Shown here one piece after another: positions 20,161 through 30,121 of a DNA stretch of 64,000 bases (position 1 is its first letter; every line of letters starts with the position of its first letter). The stretch is from an uncultured Calditrichaceae bacterium. GTDB taxonomy: Bacteria > Calditrichota > Calditrichia > RBG-13-44-9. Made by a program: the position numbers and the translations under genes. Below the pieces are notes generated by a model. The model worked only from the letters and a program-made list of their open reading frames with translations, did no database searches and had not been told where the DNA came from. Where the stretch lies: positions 18,040 to 82,039 of the forward strand of contig CAYVKM010000002.1 in the NCBI GenBank assembly GCA_964452045.1. The letters run 5' to 3'.

Positions 20161-20279
20161 GACACAATAATTATTGCCTTACCAAAAGGATTTCTTTATG
20201 AGGAGATTTCTATAATCCTTATTAACCACTAGTGCGATCTTGAGCTCAAAGGTTCAAAAATTGCATAAAGAGAAAACAA

Positions 20280-20804
20280 ATGAATGAAATAATTGCCTTT
20301 ATTATCATCTGGGGTATCATATCGCTGTTAAGCCAGCTGTCCAAAAAATCGAAACAACGGGAAGCTAAACAATCGCCAAAATCGGTAAGACCGACAAAAC
20401 CAAAGACCGAATCGGAAATACCCCCGTTTTTAAGGGATCTCCTGGGATTACCCAAAGAAGCGGAAAAAGTCCCTTCCTCCACGGTCCGGATACCGGAGCA
20501 AAAAATGGTGCTCGAGCCTGAGGAAAGTTTACCCGAGACGGAAATCCATATTCTGCCGGTGGAGCTAAATGCCGAAATAATTGAAGAGGAGGAATTCCCT
20601 TCGCCTGAAACTGAAATAAAAAAGGAAAAAATTGAGATTGAAATAGAGCCTTTAGAGACGCCGGAACAAAGTTATCAGCCCCAGGTCCAATATTTATCAG
20701 GAATGGGAAAATTAAAACAGGCGGTTATCTGGAAGGAAATTTTAGATAAACCGGTCAGTTTGCGGAGAAGGGATTTATTCAAAAATCCCTTTATCAAATT
20801 TTAA
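20280..20804 (+). CDS. Hypothetical membrane-anchored acidic (Glu/Pro-rich) protein
   Basis: N-terminal TM (IIAFIIIWGIISLL), then a low-complexity E/P/K-rich region. No recognisable domain. Confidence 0.4.
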   Translation: MNEIIAFIIIWGIISLLSQLSKKSKQREAKQSPKSVRPTKPKTESEIPPFLRDLLGLPKEAEKVPSSTVRIPEQKMVLEPEESLPETEIHILPVELNAEIIEEEEFPSPETEIKKEKIEIEIEPLETPEQSYQPQVQYLSGMGKLKQAVIWKEILDKPVSLRRRDLFKNPFIKF

Positions 20805-20814
20805 TTACTTAAAA

Positions 20815-23800
20815 TTACTCAGCAACTGGTCGCTCCGGAACTTTCTCTCCACCCTTTTGCATCCATAGCAAAACTCTTTTAAAGTAAAGACTCAAATCAT
20901 CAAAAAGGGTATAAAGCACCGGCACCGCCAGCAGCGTCAAGGCCGTGCTGGTAAACAAGCCGCCAATCAGCGTTAGTCCCATTGGTGCATAAGGGGCGCC
21001 GATAAGAGCAGCATTCCCCAGGGCCATGGGCAACAAACCGCCAATAGTAGTAAAACTGGTCATCAGGATTGGCCGAAAGCGCAACGAACCAGCTTCCAGA
21101 ATGGCGGATCGTCGGTCGTACCCTTCATTGCGCAGACGATTGATCATATCCACCAGAACGATGGCATTGTTCACCACCACCCCGATCAGGATCACCATAC
21201 CGATGCCAGCCATCATATCCCTGGAAGTGCCGGTAAGGAACAGCGCCAGATTCGCTCCGAAAATAGAAAGCGGGACAGCAACGATAACTGAGAGCGGCAG
21301 CACAAAAGATTCAAACAGAATACCCATAAGAATGAACACAAAAACAATTGCGGTAATCATGGCCCGCTGGAAACTGTCATCCTGCTCCTGCATTCGCATA
21401 AAACGGGAGCCCTTCTGCCAGGAGTATCCATAGGGAAGCTGAAAATCTGCCATTAGTTTATCAATTTGTCCGGATATTTTGCCCAGATCCTCTTTGGGCG
21501 TCTTTGCCTTGATCTCCAGAAATGTTTTACCATCCTGCCGGGCAATTTCTCCAAATCCCTTTTCAATCCTAAATTTTGCCAGTGAAGAAAGAGGCACGGC
21601 CCTTCCATCACGGTTGATGAAAGTAATATTTTTCAACTGTTCCAGATTTTGCCGGTCCTCTTCTTTGAGCTGAATGCGCATTTCAATCTCTTTATCTTTG
21701 GCATAAAACCGAGGTAAGTTGAGTCCCCGAACCGCGTACATAATGGTATAAGCTACCTGATTGGGATTGATTCCATTCCGCTGGGCAATATCCCGGTTCA
21801 TCACCACATTTATTTCATCGCCACCCAATTCCCGGTCAGTTTCCACATTGATGACACCTGGTATCAGCCTCATCCGCCGCTCCACTTCCGTCGATAATTC
21901 TTCCAGCTTTCCGGTGTCATCCCCATACATTACTATCGAAACCGAGCCTTCATCCTCTTCCGAGGAACCCCGCCAGGAAGTTCTGAAGCGAATACCGGGT
22001 CTGGTTGGTAACCGGTCTCTCAAATCTGCTAGTACCGCATCGCTATCGAGTTTTTGATGCATCGGCTTGCCAATCCAATCCCGGAGTGTGCGGTAAATGG
22101 TATTGTACCATTGATCTTTATCGGCCGGATACAGAAAGACCCGCACCCGTCCAAAAGTTTTCCGGAAGCCGGTATCCACGGCTTTGATATTGTAACGATC
22201 GGCATGGGCAAACAGCGTATCCTCAACCTCCCGGAAAAAGTCATTAGTCTCTTCTTCGGTATAATTTTGCGGCATATCATAGATCAAATTAAAATCGCTG
22301 ATATTTCCCGGAGTGAGATCCGATGAAGGAATTCTTGGTCCCAAAACCCCGAAGGTTATAAACATGATAAACAGGATTACTACCACCATGTCAAGCCTGC
22401 GGTTTAGTACAAAACTGAGTATTTTTTTGTATAAATTTCTATTCCAGGCAATTACCGGCAGTTCTTTGATTGGTTTTGTGGAAATAACCCGGGTGGTGAC
22501 CAGTGGAATTAAAACCAGGGCCACAAAAAGTGACGCGAGCAGGGCAAAGATGACCGGGATACCGACCCGTCTGAGGTAAAAAAAGAAGGAGTCATTAATC
22601 AGCAGAATGGGCAAAAACACAACAATTGTGGTCAGGGTGGCCATGGTGACTGCCAGAGAAACTTCGCTTGCCCCGCTAATGGATGCTTCCCTGGGGGCCA
22701 TTCCTTCATTTCTTTTACGATAAATATTCTCCAGCACCACAATGGCATTATCCACCACCATTCCCACACTCACCATCAAACCCATCATGGTGACTGTGTT
22801 CAGAGTCCACCCAATGAAATAGGTAATAGTCAGGGATATCAGGATAGACAGCGGGATTGCCAGGGTCATGATAAGGGTAATCCGGATTCGCCTGAGGAAG
22901 AAAAAGATGACCAGCAATGCAAACAGTCCTCCCCACAGCGCGGTGTCTATAAGGTTATTGATCGATTCCTCGATCAGATCCCCCTGGACAAACAGGATAT
23001 TTACTTCTGCACCCTTCAGCGCAGGATATTTACTGATTTCATTCTGAAGCATGTCTTTCAGTTTATGACTCAGATCAACCGTATTTGCCAGCGATTCCTT
23101 AAAAATTCCCAGTTTGATCGATGGTTTACGATTTACGCGCTGGAACCAGTTTCGCTCCGGCACATCATAACGAACTTCGGCGACATCATCCAGGGTTAAG
23201 CCCTTATCATTGATGGGAATTTTCCGGATATCATCAATATTTTGGAATCGGCCCAGGGAGCGTACGGTAAATTTCTTTTCCGCCTCCGACACCCAACCGG
23301 ATGAGATGGCAAAATTATCCCGGCGAAGCTGGGAGATGGTCTGGAAAAGATTGATTCCATAAGCATCCACCTTGTCCTGATCCACCAGAATCTGGATCAC
23401 TTTCTCGAATGCTCCCCAGATCTCGATATTGGCAACACCATCGATCCTTTCAATGGGCCGTTTGATATAATGCTCCACCACATAATAGGGATCTTCCATG
23501 GTTTCCGGGATAGAGATCGATAGGAAAATGATCGGCTCATCATTCCTTCCGAATTTTCGGAGAAAATACCGATCGATATCATCCGGCAGAAGTGCCCGGG
23601 CACGTTCCATCCGGTCCCGAAGCTGATCGTAGGCAAAATCCATATCAGTACCCTGGACGAACTCAAGCCCAATCCAGCATCCATCGGTATGGCTGTAAGA
23701 CTCAACCTTCTTCACCCCGGCAATAGTCCGGATTTCTTCCTCCACCGGCCGGGCTATTTGCTCTTCAATTTCCTGGGGATTGGCGTTACGGTAAGGAACC

Positions 23801-23958
23801 CAGACCCCAAGATAAGGGGCCCTGAATCCGGTGGGCAAAAGTTCTATAGCAATTTGTTTAAAGGCAATGAAACCAACTACCAGGATTGCCAGGAAAGTGA
23901 CTGCGATTGTCACTGGCCGATTAATAGCCAGTCTGGGTAAAAATGAAGATTTATTCAT
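20815..23958 (-). CDS. RND efflux permease (AcrB/MdtC-like), distal gene of a tandem pair
   Basis: 1047 aa, 12-TM RND architecture with two large periplasmic loops. Confidence 0.85.
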   Translation of the reverse strand: MNKSSFLPRLAINRPVTIAVTFLAILVVGFIAFKQIAIELLPTGFRAPYLGVWVPYRNANPQEIEEQIARPVEEEIRTIAGVKKVESYSHTDGCWIGLEFVQGTDMDFAYDQLRDRMERARALLPDDIDRYFLRKFGRNDEPIIFLSISIPETMEDPYYVVEHYIKRPIERIDGVANIEIWGAFEKVIQILVDQDKVDAYGINLFQTISQLRRDNFAISSGWVSEAEKKFTVRSLGRFQNIDDIRKIPINDKGLTLDDVAEVRYDVPERNWFQRVNRKPSIKLGIFKESLANTVDLSHKLKDMLQNEISKYPALKGAEVNILFVQGDLIEESINNLIDTALWGGLFALLVIFFFLRRIRITLIMTLAIPLSILISLTITYFIGWTLNTVTMMGLMVSVGMVVDNAIVVLENIYRKRNEGMAPREASISGASEVSLAVTMATLTTIVVFLPILLINDSFFFYLRRVGIPVIFALLASLFVALVLIPLVTTRVISTKPIKELPVIAWNRNLYKKILSFVLNRRLDMVVVILFIMFITFGVLGPRIPSSDLTPGNISDFNLIYDMPQNYTEEETNDFFREVEDTLFAHADRYNIKAVDTGFRKTFGRVRVFLYPADKDQWYNTIYRTLRDWIGKPMHQKLDSDAVLADLRDRLPTRPGIRFRTSWRGSSEEDEGSVSIVMYGDDTGKLEELSTEVERRMRLIPGVINVETDRELGGDEINVVMNRDIAQRNGINPNQVAYTIMYAVRGLNLPRFYAKDKEIEMRIQLKEEDRQNLEQLKNITFINRDGRAVPLSSLAKFRIEKGFGEIARQDGKTFLEIKAKTPKEDLGKISGQIDKLMADFQLPYGYSWQKGSRFMRMQEQDDSFQRAMITAIVFVFILMGILFESFVLPLSVIVAVPLSIFGANLALFLTGTSRDMMAGIGMVILIGVVVNNAIVLVDMINRLRNEGYDRRSAILEAGSLRFRPILMTSFTTIGGLLPMALGNAALIGAPYAPMGLTLIGGLFTSTALTLLAVPVLYTLFDDLSLYFKRVLLWMQKGGEKVPERPVAE

Positions 23959-23964
23959 CCGGAA

Positions 23965-26900
23965 TTATTCTCCCTTTTCAAATAATGCATACACAGTTGG
24001 AATAATTACCAGGGTTAAAATGGTCGAACTGATTAAACCGGCGATCACCGTAATGGCCATGGGTGTCCGGATTTCGGCGCCATCTCCCAGACCAAGTGCC
24101 ATAGGCAGGAGTCCAAGTACAGTGGTGGCAGTAGTCATCAGAATGGGGCGTAACCGAGCCTGGCCGCCCTGCTTAATCGCTTCTACTTTAGACAGACCCT
24201 TTCGACGCAGTTGATTGATATAGTCAACCAATACAATTGCGTTGTTTACAACGATACCCGCCAGCATAATAAGACCAAGAAATACCATGATATTGAGTGG
24301 TATACCAAGAATAAAAAGCACAATGGCAACGCCAATAAGGGCCAGGGGAATGGTAAATAAAATAACAAATGGATGTAAAAACGATTCAAACTGGGAGGCC
24401 ATAACGATGTAAACCATGAATATGGCCAGAAGTAGTGCCAGTCTTAGACTACCCAGCGAAACTTCCATTTCTTTATTTTGCCCGGTAATTTCAAAGGTAA
24501 AATCACTGGGCAGATCCATTGACCTTAAGGCGGTGTAAACATCACTACTCACACTGAACAGATCCCGGTCTACAATATTTGCCATCACCAGCGCCGACCG
24601 CTGTTGATTAACCCGCCGGATCTCGCTTGGTCCTTCTTCAATGGTAATCCGAGCCACACTTTCCAGCGGTATGGGAATGTCCCCTGCCGGATTGATGTTA
24701 ATCCGTTTTAAAATATCCAGGGTTGCCTTATCTTTTTCCCGGATTTTCACCCGAACATCAATTCTCCGGTCTTCCTGCTTAAACTGGGTAGCCACATCAC
24801 CCCGAACCTTATTCCGGACGATATTGGCCACATCGAGAATATTCAGGTTATAAAAGGCCAGCCGGGCCCGGTCGTAGACAATCCTTACTTCCGGATTCCC
24901 GGACTGCAAATTAGTCTTGACATCGGAAATCCCCGGAATCTGAGAAATAATATTCACTGCATCACGACTGGCAATAGCCAGTTCCTGCAAATTATAGCCC
25001 TTTATTTCAACTTCCACCGGGGTTTTAAAACTAAAAAGTACCGGTCTGGAGATTTTAAAATCCATCCCACCATAATTTCTCAGCAGGCCACGTACCTTTC
25101 GAATAACCCGTTCTTCTGTCCGAATCGGCGAGTTAGAGGGCTTGAGCGTAGCGGTAATTATGGCTGTATGTTCCCCGGCTTCCCTTTGGCTGATTTTAGT
25201 TAAATCTACACCGGCAACCGTGGCAATCTTTGCTACTTCATCCTGATTTAATATGAGCTTCTCAATCGGTTTGATGGTTTGTACAGTGCGTTCGACAGGC
25301 GTCCCTACTGGAAGCGTAATTTCCACATTGAATTCACCCTGGTGAACTTCCGGGATGAGTTCACTACCGAGATTTGGCAATATGATAAAAATAACCAGCA
25401 GGAATGGTATGACCGCCGAAAGAATCACGGTTGTTTTATTGACCAGAGCCCAATCTAGTAACTGTGGATATGCATCATAGACAGATTTAAATCCGGTATC
25501 GAATAAATTGGTCAGGAAACGCAGGGGTAAAGAAAAAATCTTCTGAAAAACAAATATCACAGACTTGATGATAATGCCGATGAGAAACAACACCAGGGTA
25601 AAAAGTTTGCTGAACAAATTAAGCACAAAGAAGAGCACAAAACGGATGAAAATATAAGAAATCCAAAATGGTGTCAGGATTAGATTTACTATCTTCTTAC
25701 CCGGAGGTGTTTTAGTCACTGCCTTCCACCATTCCCCAAGATTTTCTTTCAACTGGATGATACTTTCAAAACGGATAAGAAATTTTCCCGGGGATTCTTT
25801 GGCGGAAAAAGATTCAGGCAATTCAATTTTCCGGGAAGCCAGCATGGGAATAAAAAACAGGGCAACTCCCAGCGAGGCCATAAGTGAAAAAACCACGGTT
25901 AAAGCCATGTCGCCAAAAATTTGACCGGCAACACCCTTTACAAAAACCATGGGAAAGAAAACCGCAATGGTGGTGAGGGTCGATGCCGTAACCGCGCCAC
26001 CCACCTCATGGGTTCCCCGAACCACCGAATCAATGAAACTATCCCCTTCCTCCCGGCATCTGAATATGCTCTCGGTTACCACGATTGAGTTGTCAACCAG
26101 CATACCTATTCCCAGGGCTAAACCACCCAGAGACATAATATTGAGTGAAACCCCAAATAATTTCATGGGGGCAAAGGTGGCAACAATCGAAATGGGGATG
26201 GATAATCCAACAATAAAAGTTGTCCTGAGATTATTGAGGAAGAAAAACAGAACAATGATCGCCAGAATACCACCCATAATGGCGGTATTTTTTACTTCAT
26301 CAATGGAATTGCTGATGAAAACCGATTGGTCGGTAAGTAGATGAATCTCCATTCCCTGGGGCAGTGAGTAGTTTAAAAAATTGGTCATACTTTTTTCCAG
26401 CATTCGCTGCCGGAAATCGTTCCCACCGCTGGTACCCGGACCTTTAGTTTTTTTCTCATCTGGTTTGGCAGTGGTTTGTTCACTTGCCGCTTTTCGGGTT
26501 TCCTTCATTCTCTGGACAAAGGCCTGTTGAGCAGCAGTTCCGAACACCCGATCCCGAACTTTTTTGGCCACATCCACGATATTGGCACTGCCCTCTTTAT
26601 AAATCTCTAACTCCACACTTTCCTGACCATTAAGCCGGGTAATGATCTGTCTTTCTTTGTTGGTGCGATAAACTTTCCCGATATCATCCAGTTTTATTTC
26701 AACACCATTATCCAGCCGGATGGCAGTTTTGCCAATTTCTGGTATGGTTTTAAATTCATTTAGCGTCCGGACAATATATTCGGTCTGGGCTTCCTTTAAG
26801 TTACCACCAGCCAGATTTACATTTTCCCTGGCTAAGCGATCCCGAATTTGCTGAATATCCAATCCCATGAGCGAGATTTTCTTTTCATCCAGCTCCACCC

Positions 26901-27465
26901 AAATTTCTTCCTCATAACCACCTTTGACCTTGACCGCCGCTACACCGTCTACTGTTTCCAGATCCCGTTTGATCTGTTCTTCGGCTACGTAACGGGTATA
27001 GAATAAATCCGGACCGCCGGTAACTCCCAGACGGAGTATCGGATCCAGCGATGGATCGTATCGCAGAATAACCGGCTTTTTTGCTTCCTCCGGCAGAAAA
27101 ACCTGATCTAATTTTTCCCTCACCTCCCCAATCGCATCCTCCATTTTGACGTCCCAGTTATATTCCAGGATCACATCCGATTGACCTGCTTTGGAAACCG
27201 AACTAATTGAGACCAGGTTACCAACCACACCGAGTGCTTCTTCAATCGGACGGGAAATGGTTGTCTCAATCTCTTCCGGAGCGGTGCCCGCATATTCGGT
27301 TCTTACCGTGAGCGAGGGATAAGAGATATCGGGCATTAAATTAAGGGATAGTTGGTTATAAGAAAGCCAGCCGAAGACCAGAATACCCAAAACAACCATA
27401 ATAATGGCAACCGGCCGGGTAGTGGTAAATTTGAAAAAACTGCTATCTGTGACTTTTTTGTTCAT
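23965..27465 (-). CDS. RND efflux permease (AcrB/MdtB-like) with ~130-aa insertion bearing two extra hydrophobic helices between TM6 and TM7
   Basis: 1166 aa. RND motifs throughout; an extra charged insertion near aa 300-345; a hydrophobic insertion at aa ~545-680 (IVNLILTPFWISYIFIRFVLFFVLNLF...LVLFLIGIIIKSVIFVF). Confidence 0.8.
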   Translation of the reverse strand: MNKKVTDSSFFKFTTTRPVAIIMVVLGILVFGWLSYNQLSLNLMPDISYPSLTVRTEYAGTAPEEIETTISRPIEEALGVVGNLVSISSVSKAGQSDVILEYNWDVKMEDAIGEVREKLDQVFLPEEAKKPVILRYDPSLDPILRLGVTGGPDLFYTRYVAEEQIKRDLETVDGVAAVKVKGGYEEEIWVELDEKKISLMGLDIQQIRDRLARENVNLAGGNLKEAQTEYIVRTLNEFKTIPEIGKTAIRLDNGVEIKLDDIGKVYRTNKERQIITRLNGQESVELEIYKEGSANIVDVAKKVRDRVFGTAAQQAFVQRMKETRKAASEQTTAKPDEKKTKGPGTSGGNDFRQRMLEKSMTNFLNYSLPQGMEIHLLTDQSVFISNSIDEVKNTAIMGGILAIIVLFFFLNNLRTTFIVGLSIPISIVATFAPMKLFGVSLNIMSLGGLALGIGMLVDNSIVVTESIFRCREEGDSFIDSVVRGTHEVGGAVTASTLTTIAVFFPMVFVKGVAGQIFGDMALTVVFSLMASLGVALFFIPMLASRKIELPESFSAKESPGKFLIRFESIIQLKENLGEWWKAVTKTPPGKKIVNLILTPFWISYIFIRFVLFFVLNLFSKLFTLVLFLIGIIIKSVIFVFQKIFSLPLRFLTNLFDTGFKSVYDAYPQLLDWALVNKTTVILSAVIPFLLVIFIILPNLGSELIPEVHQGEFNVEITLPVGTPVERTVQTIKPIEKLILNQDEVAKIATVAGVDLTKISQREAGEHTAIITATLKPSNSPIRTEERVIRKVRGLLRNYGGMDFKISRPVLFSFKTPVEVEIKGYNLQELAIASRDAVNIISQIPGISDVKTNLQSGNPEVRIVYDRARLAFYNLNILDVANIVRNKVRGDVATQFKQEDRRIDVRVKIREKDKATLDILKRININPAGDIPIPLESVARITIEEGPSEIRRVNQQRSALVMANIVDRDLFSVSSDVYTALRSMDLPSDFTFEITGQNKEMEVSLGSLRLALLLAIFMVYIVMASQFESFLHPFVILFTIPLALIGVAIVLFILGIPLNIMVFLGLIMLAGIVVNNAIVLVDYINQLRRKGLSKVEAIKQGGQARLRPILMTTATTVLGLLPMALGLGDGAEIRTPMAITVIAGLISSTILTLVIIPTVYALFEKGE

Positions 27466-27535
27466 AAATAATAATCTCGTCTAATCTTGCCAAATGATCT
27501 GAAATTACTTTGAAATTATACAGACAAACTAGCAA

Positions 27536-28708
27536 TTAGCTAACTTTCCCAGATTCTTCCTTTCCGGGTAAAACTTGCCAGTGATAATACTTCTCTTTTA
27601 AAATCTTTATACTACTGCCCTCTTTGAGTCCGCCCTGCCCAACCACAACTATTTTGGCGGTGTCCGGTATGCTGTTTAATACCTCAACTTTTTCTGCATC
27701 TTCGAAACCTTTTTTAAGTTCCAACTTTTGCACGGTATCGGAACCAACCACAAAGAAATAAGTTCGCTCGTTTTCGTAAATAAGCGCAGTTTTGGGAATG
27801 AGCATTGTATTGGGCCGGACATCCACAATCAGTCTCACGCTCACAAACATACCCGGCCGGAGAAGATTCTGGGGATCACGAACACCGGCAGTCGCCTTAA
27901 AGGTTCCACTGGTAGGATCCACAATCGGACTGATCCGTTTTACCCAGCCCTGAAATATCTTTTCGGGCATCACATCGCTTTGAATAATCGCCTGCTGATT
28001 AATCGAGAACTTGGGTAATTCGTCCTGCGGTACATACACTTTCACCACTTTTTCATTGGGATTTGTGACGACAAAAAGTCTGGTGGAGGTTTGAATCCTG
28101 TCCCCAATTTTGGCCATTCTCTCTCCGATCACACCATCGATGGGAGAACGCACAATAGTATAATCCAGATTCAGCTTGGCCTGCTTCCAAGCTAGCTCCG
28201 CCTGACGGACGGCCAATCTGGCATTATCAAATTCCTCTTCACTGATCAGATTCTTATCCTTCAAAGCTTCAAACCTTTTGAACTCAGATAGTTTGGTGTC
28301 ATATTCCAGGCGGGCTTTTTGCTCTGCCAGGGCATATTCATCCTCTTCTATCTGCAGAAGTGCCTGATTACGGGAAACCCGGTCGCCTTCTTCCACATAA
28401 ATCTTCTCAGCAATACCCTGTATCCGGGCAAATACATCCGCCATTTGTTCGGTTTCTAAGGTAGAATTATATAATAAATAACTGGAAATTTCACCTCTGG
28501 TAACGGGGGTTACCTCAACCGGAATACCGGGATCATTATTTTGGCTCATCTGCGGGGAGCCAGTCGCATTGGAATCCGGTTGTCCGGAATTGATGGTGTC
28601 TTGTCCGGCAGCATTTCCGGCGGGTTTGCCGCTGGATTCTTTAGAACTACATCCAAATTGAACCGCAGCAGCAATGACGAGAAAGTATAAAACATGCCTC
28701 AATTTCAT
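27536..28708 (-). CDS. RND efflux periplasmic adaptor (membrane fusion protein, HlyD/AcrA family), lipoprotein
   Basis: Lipobox (AAVQFGCSS), coiled-coil hairpin and beta-barrel/MP domains. It is the first gene of an MFP-RND-RND operon. Confidence 0.8.
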   Translation of the reverse strand: MKLRHVLYFLVIAAAVQFGCSSKESSGKPAGNAAGQDTINSGQPDSNATGSPQMSQNNDPGIPVEVTPVTRGEISSYLLYNSTLETEQMADVFARIQGIAEKIYVEEGDRVSRNQALLQIEEDEYALAEQKARLEYDTKLSEFKRFEALKDKNLISEEEFDNARLAVRQAELAWKQAKLNLDYTIVRSPIDGVIGERMAKIGDRIQTSTRLFVVTNPNEKVVKVYVPQDELPKFSINQQAIIQSDVMPEKIFQGWVKRISPIVDPTSGTFKATAGVRDPQNLLRPGMFVSVRLIVDVRPNTMLIPKTALIYENERTYFFVVGSDTVQKLELKKGFEDAEKVEVLNSIPDTAKIVVVGQGGLKEGSSIKILKEKYYHWQVLPGKEESGKVS

Positions 28709-28839
28709 TTTTTTAATACTCCTGAAAGATTTCTAGTTTTTGAATTTTATAATTAACGAACAAACGGGATTTCTGTTTCAATTAATAACTTGAGTAAGAC
28801 AATTAATTTTATCTTTCAAGATATTAAAGATAAATATAA

Positions 28840-29520
28840 TTAGAGACTTTGAAAAATAGTAAGAAAAGTTTTGCCAACCGAATAGAACAGGCCAACCGAA
28901 AAATGAAATCCCATGACAAGATATTTTCCCAGTTGGCCGGAAGAAAGATGAATGGTGGAGAGGAGAACGATAAAGAAGAACATATTCCAGAAGATCATAA
29001 ACGTGAAGGAAAATAAATAACCGGACTTTTGAATATCCGGTTGTTGATGATGAAATTCTCTGATCAGTGAGGTGAAATGGAACATATAGGTATAGCCTAT
29101 TAAAAAATTCATACCTAATTCGAATCTGGCAGGAAATATGAATTTCAGGGCAAGTAAAATTATTGCAGCAAGCGGTAAAATGTAGGGACCCAATGCAATA
29201 ATAGTATTGCCGCCTTCGATGGTGATATGTCCCCCGGATTTACGGGAAGCCGATATGGTGTGAATTTTTTTAAAAAAAATTAAGGCAAAAACCGCATGAG
29301 TTAACTCATGTTCTAAAGTACTCCAGAATCCATTCCGGGATGAAAAAAAGAAATACCATAATAAAAGGAATGTTATACTGCCTGCAAGAAAGCTATAAAA
29401 GTAATAGCCTGTGACAATGGCAGATTTAATGACCGGGATGAGAATTTGAGCGTATCCAAGAATTAAGAACAAAAAAATAATAATGAACAGAATTTTTATA
29501 ATGCTGGTGAGGATTTTCAT
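28840..29520 (-). CDS. Polytopic membrane protein with HExxH motif (DUF3267-like putative zincin peptidase)
   Basis: 226 aa with ~5 TM helices; HELTH motif within EHELTHAVFALIFFK. Confidence 0.45.
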   Translation of the reverse strand: MKILTSIIKILFIIIFLFLILGYAQILIPVIKSAIVTGYYFYSFLAGSITFLLLWYFFFSSRNGFWSTLEHELTHAVFALIFFKKIHTISASRKSGGHITIEGGNTIIALGPYILPLAAIILLALKFIFPARFELGMNFLIGYTYMFHFTSLIREFHHQQPDIQKSGYLFSFTFMIFWNMFFFIVLLSTIHLSSGQLGKYLVMGFHFSVGLFYSVGKTFLTIFQSL

Positions 29521-29570
29521 CGAATAAGTCCGGATAATCCAGGGTGATAGGTAATCAGGAACATATTATT

Positions 29571-30077
29571 TCAGGTATCGTTAGTCGTCTGTTGAATCCC
29601 GGCTTTTCTTTTAATGATTGGATATATCCTCAGGATTTCGTGCTCAATTTCCCGGTAAATCCGTCGGTAAAAATTTAAATTCATGCCAATCGGATCATCA
29701 ATTGCATTCTTCTTTGGGGCGGATTTTCGGCCAAAATCAGTCAAAGTAAAAATCTTCGCTTCGAGGTGAGGAAAAACATGAAGCAAATCGCTCTTATGTT
29801 GAGGCGTCATGCATAAAATGAGATCACCTGAATTGAGTATCTTTGGTGAGATACTCTGGGATAGATGTGTGGAAATATCAAGTCCATGTTCCAGTACTAC
29901 TTTTTGAGATAAATCTGAAGGTGAAAATCCATCACCACCCCAAACAGCAAAAGAATCTACCTCGATAAATTTTTCGAGATTCTCCTTTTTTATCAGATTC
30001 TTTAATATTGCTTCAGCCATAGGACTTCGGCAAACATTTGCCGTACATGCGAACAGAACTTTATACATCTTACTCAC
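29571..30077 (-). CDS. Low-molecular-weight protein phosphatase (LMW-PTP / YwlE-like arginine phosphatase family)
   Basis: CX5R P-loop CTANVCRSPMAE near the N-terminus and a conserved DP in IDDPIG. Confidence 0.8.
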   Translation of the reverse strand: MSKMYKVLFACTANVCRSPMAEAILKNLIKKENLEKFIEVDSFAVWGGDGFSPSDLSQKVVLEHGLDISTHLSQSISPKILNSGDLILCMTPQHKSDLLHVFPHLEAKIFTLTDFGRKSAPKKNAIDDPIGMNLNFYRRIYREIEHEILRIYPIIKRKAGIQQTTNDT

Positions 30078-30121
30078 TTTATTGTATTTGATTTCGGAAG
30101 GTCTAAATGTATTAATAGATG

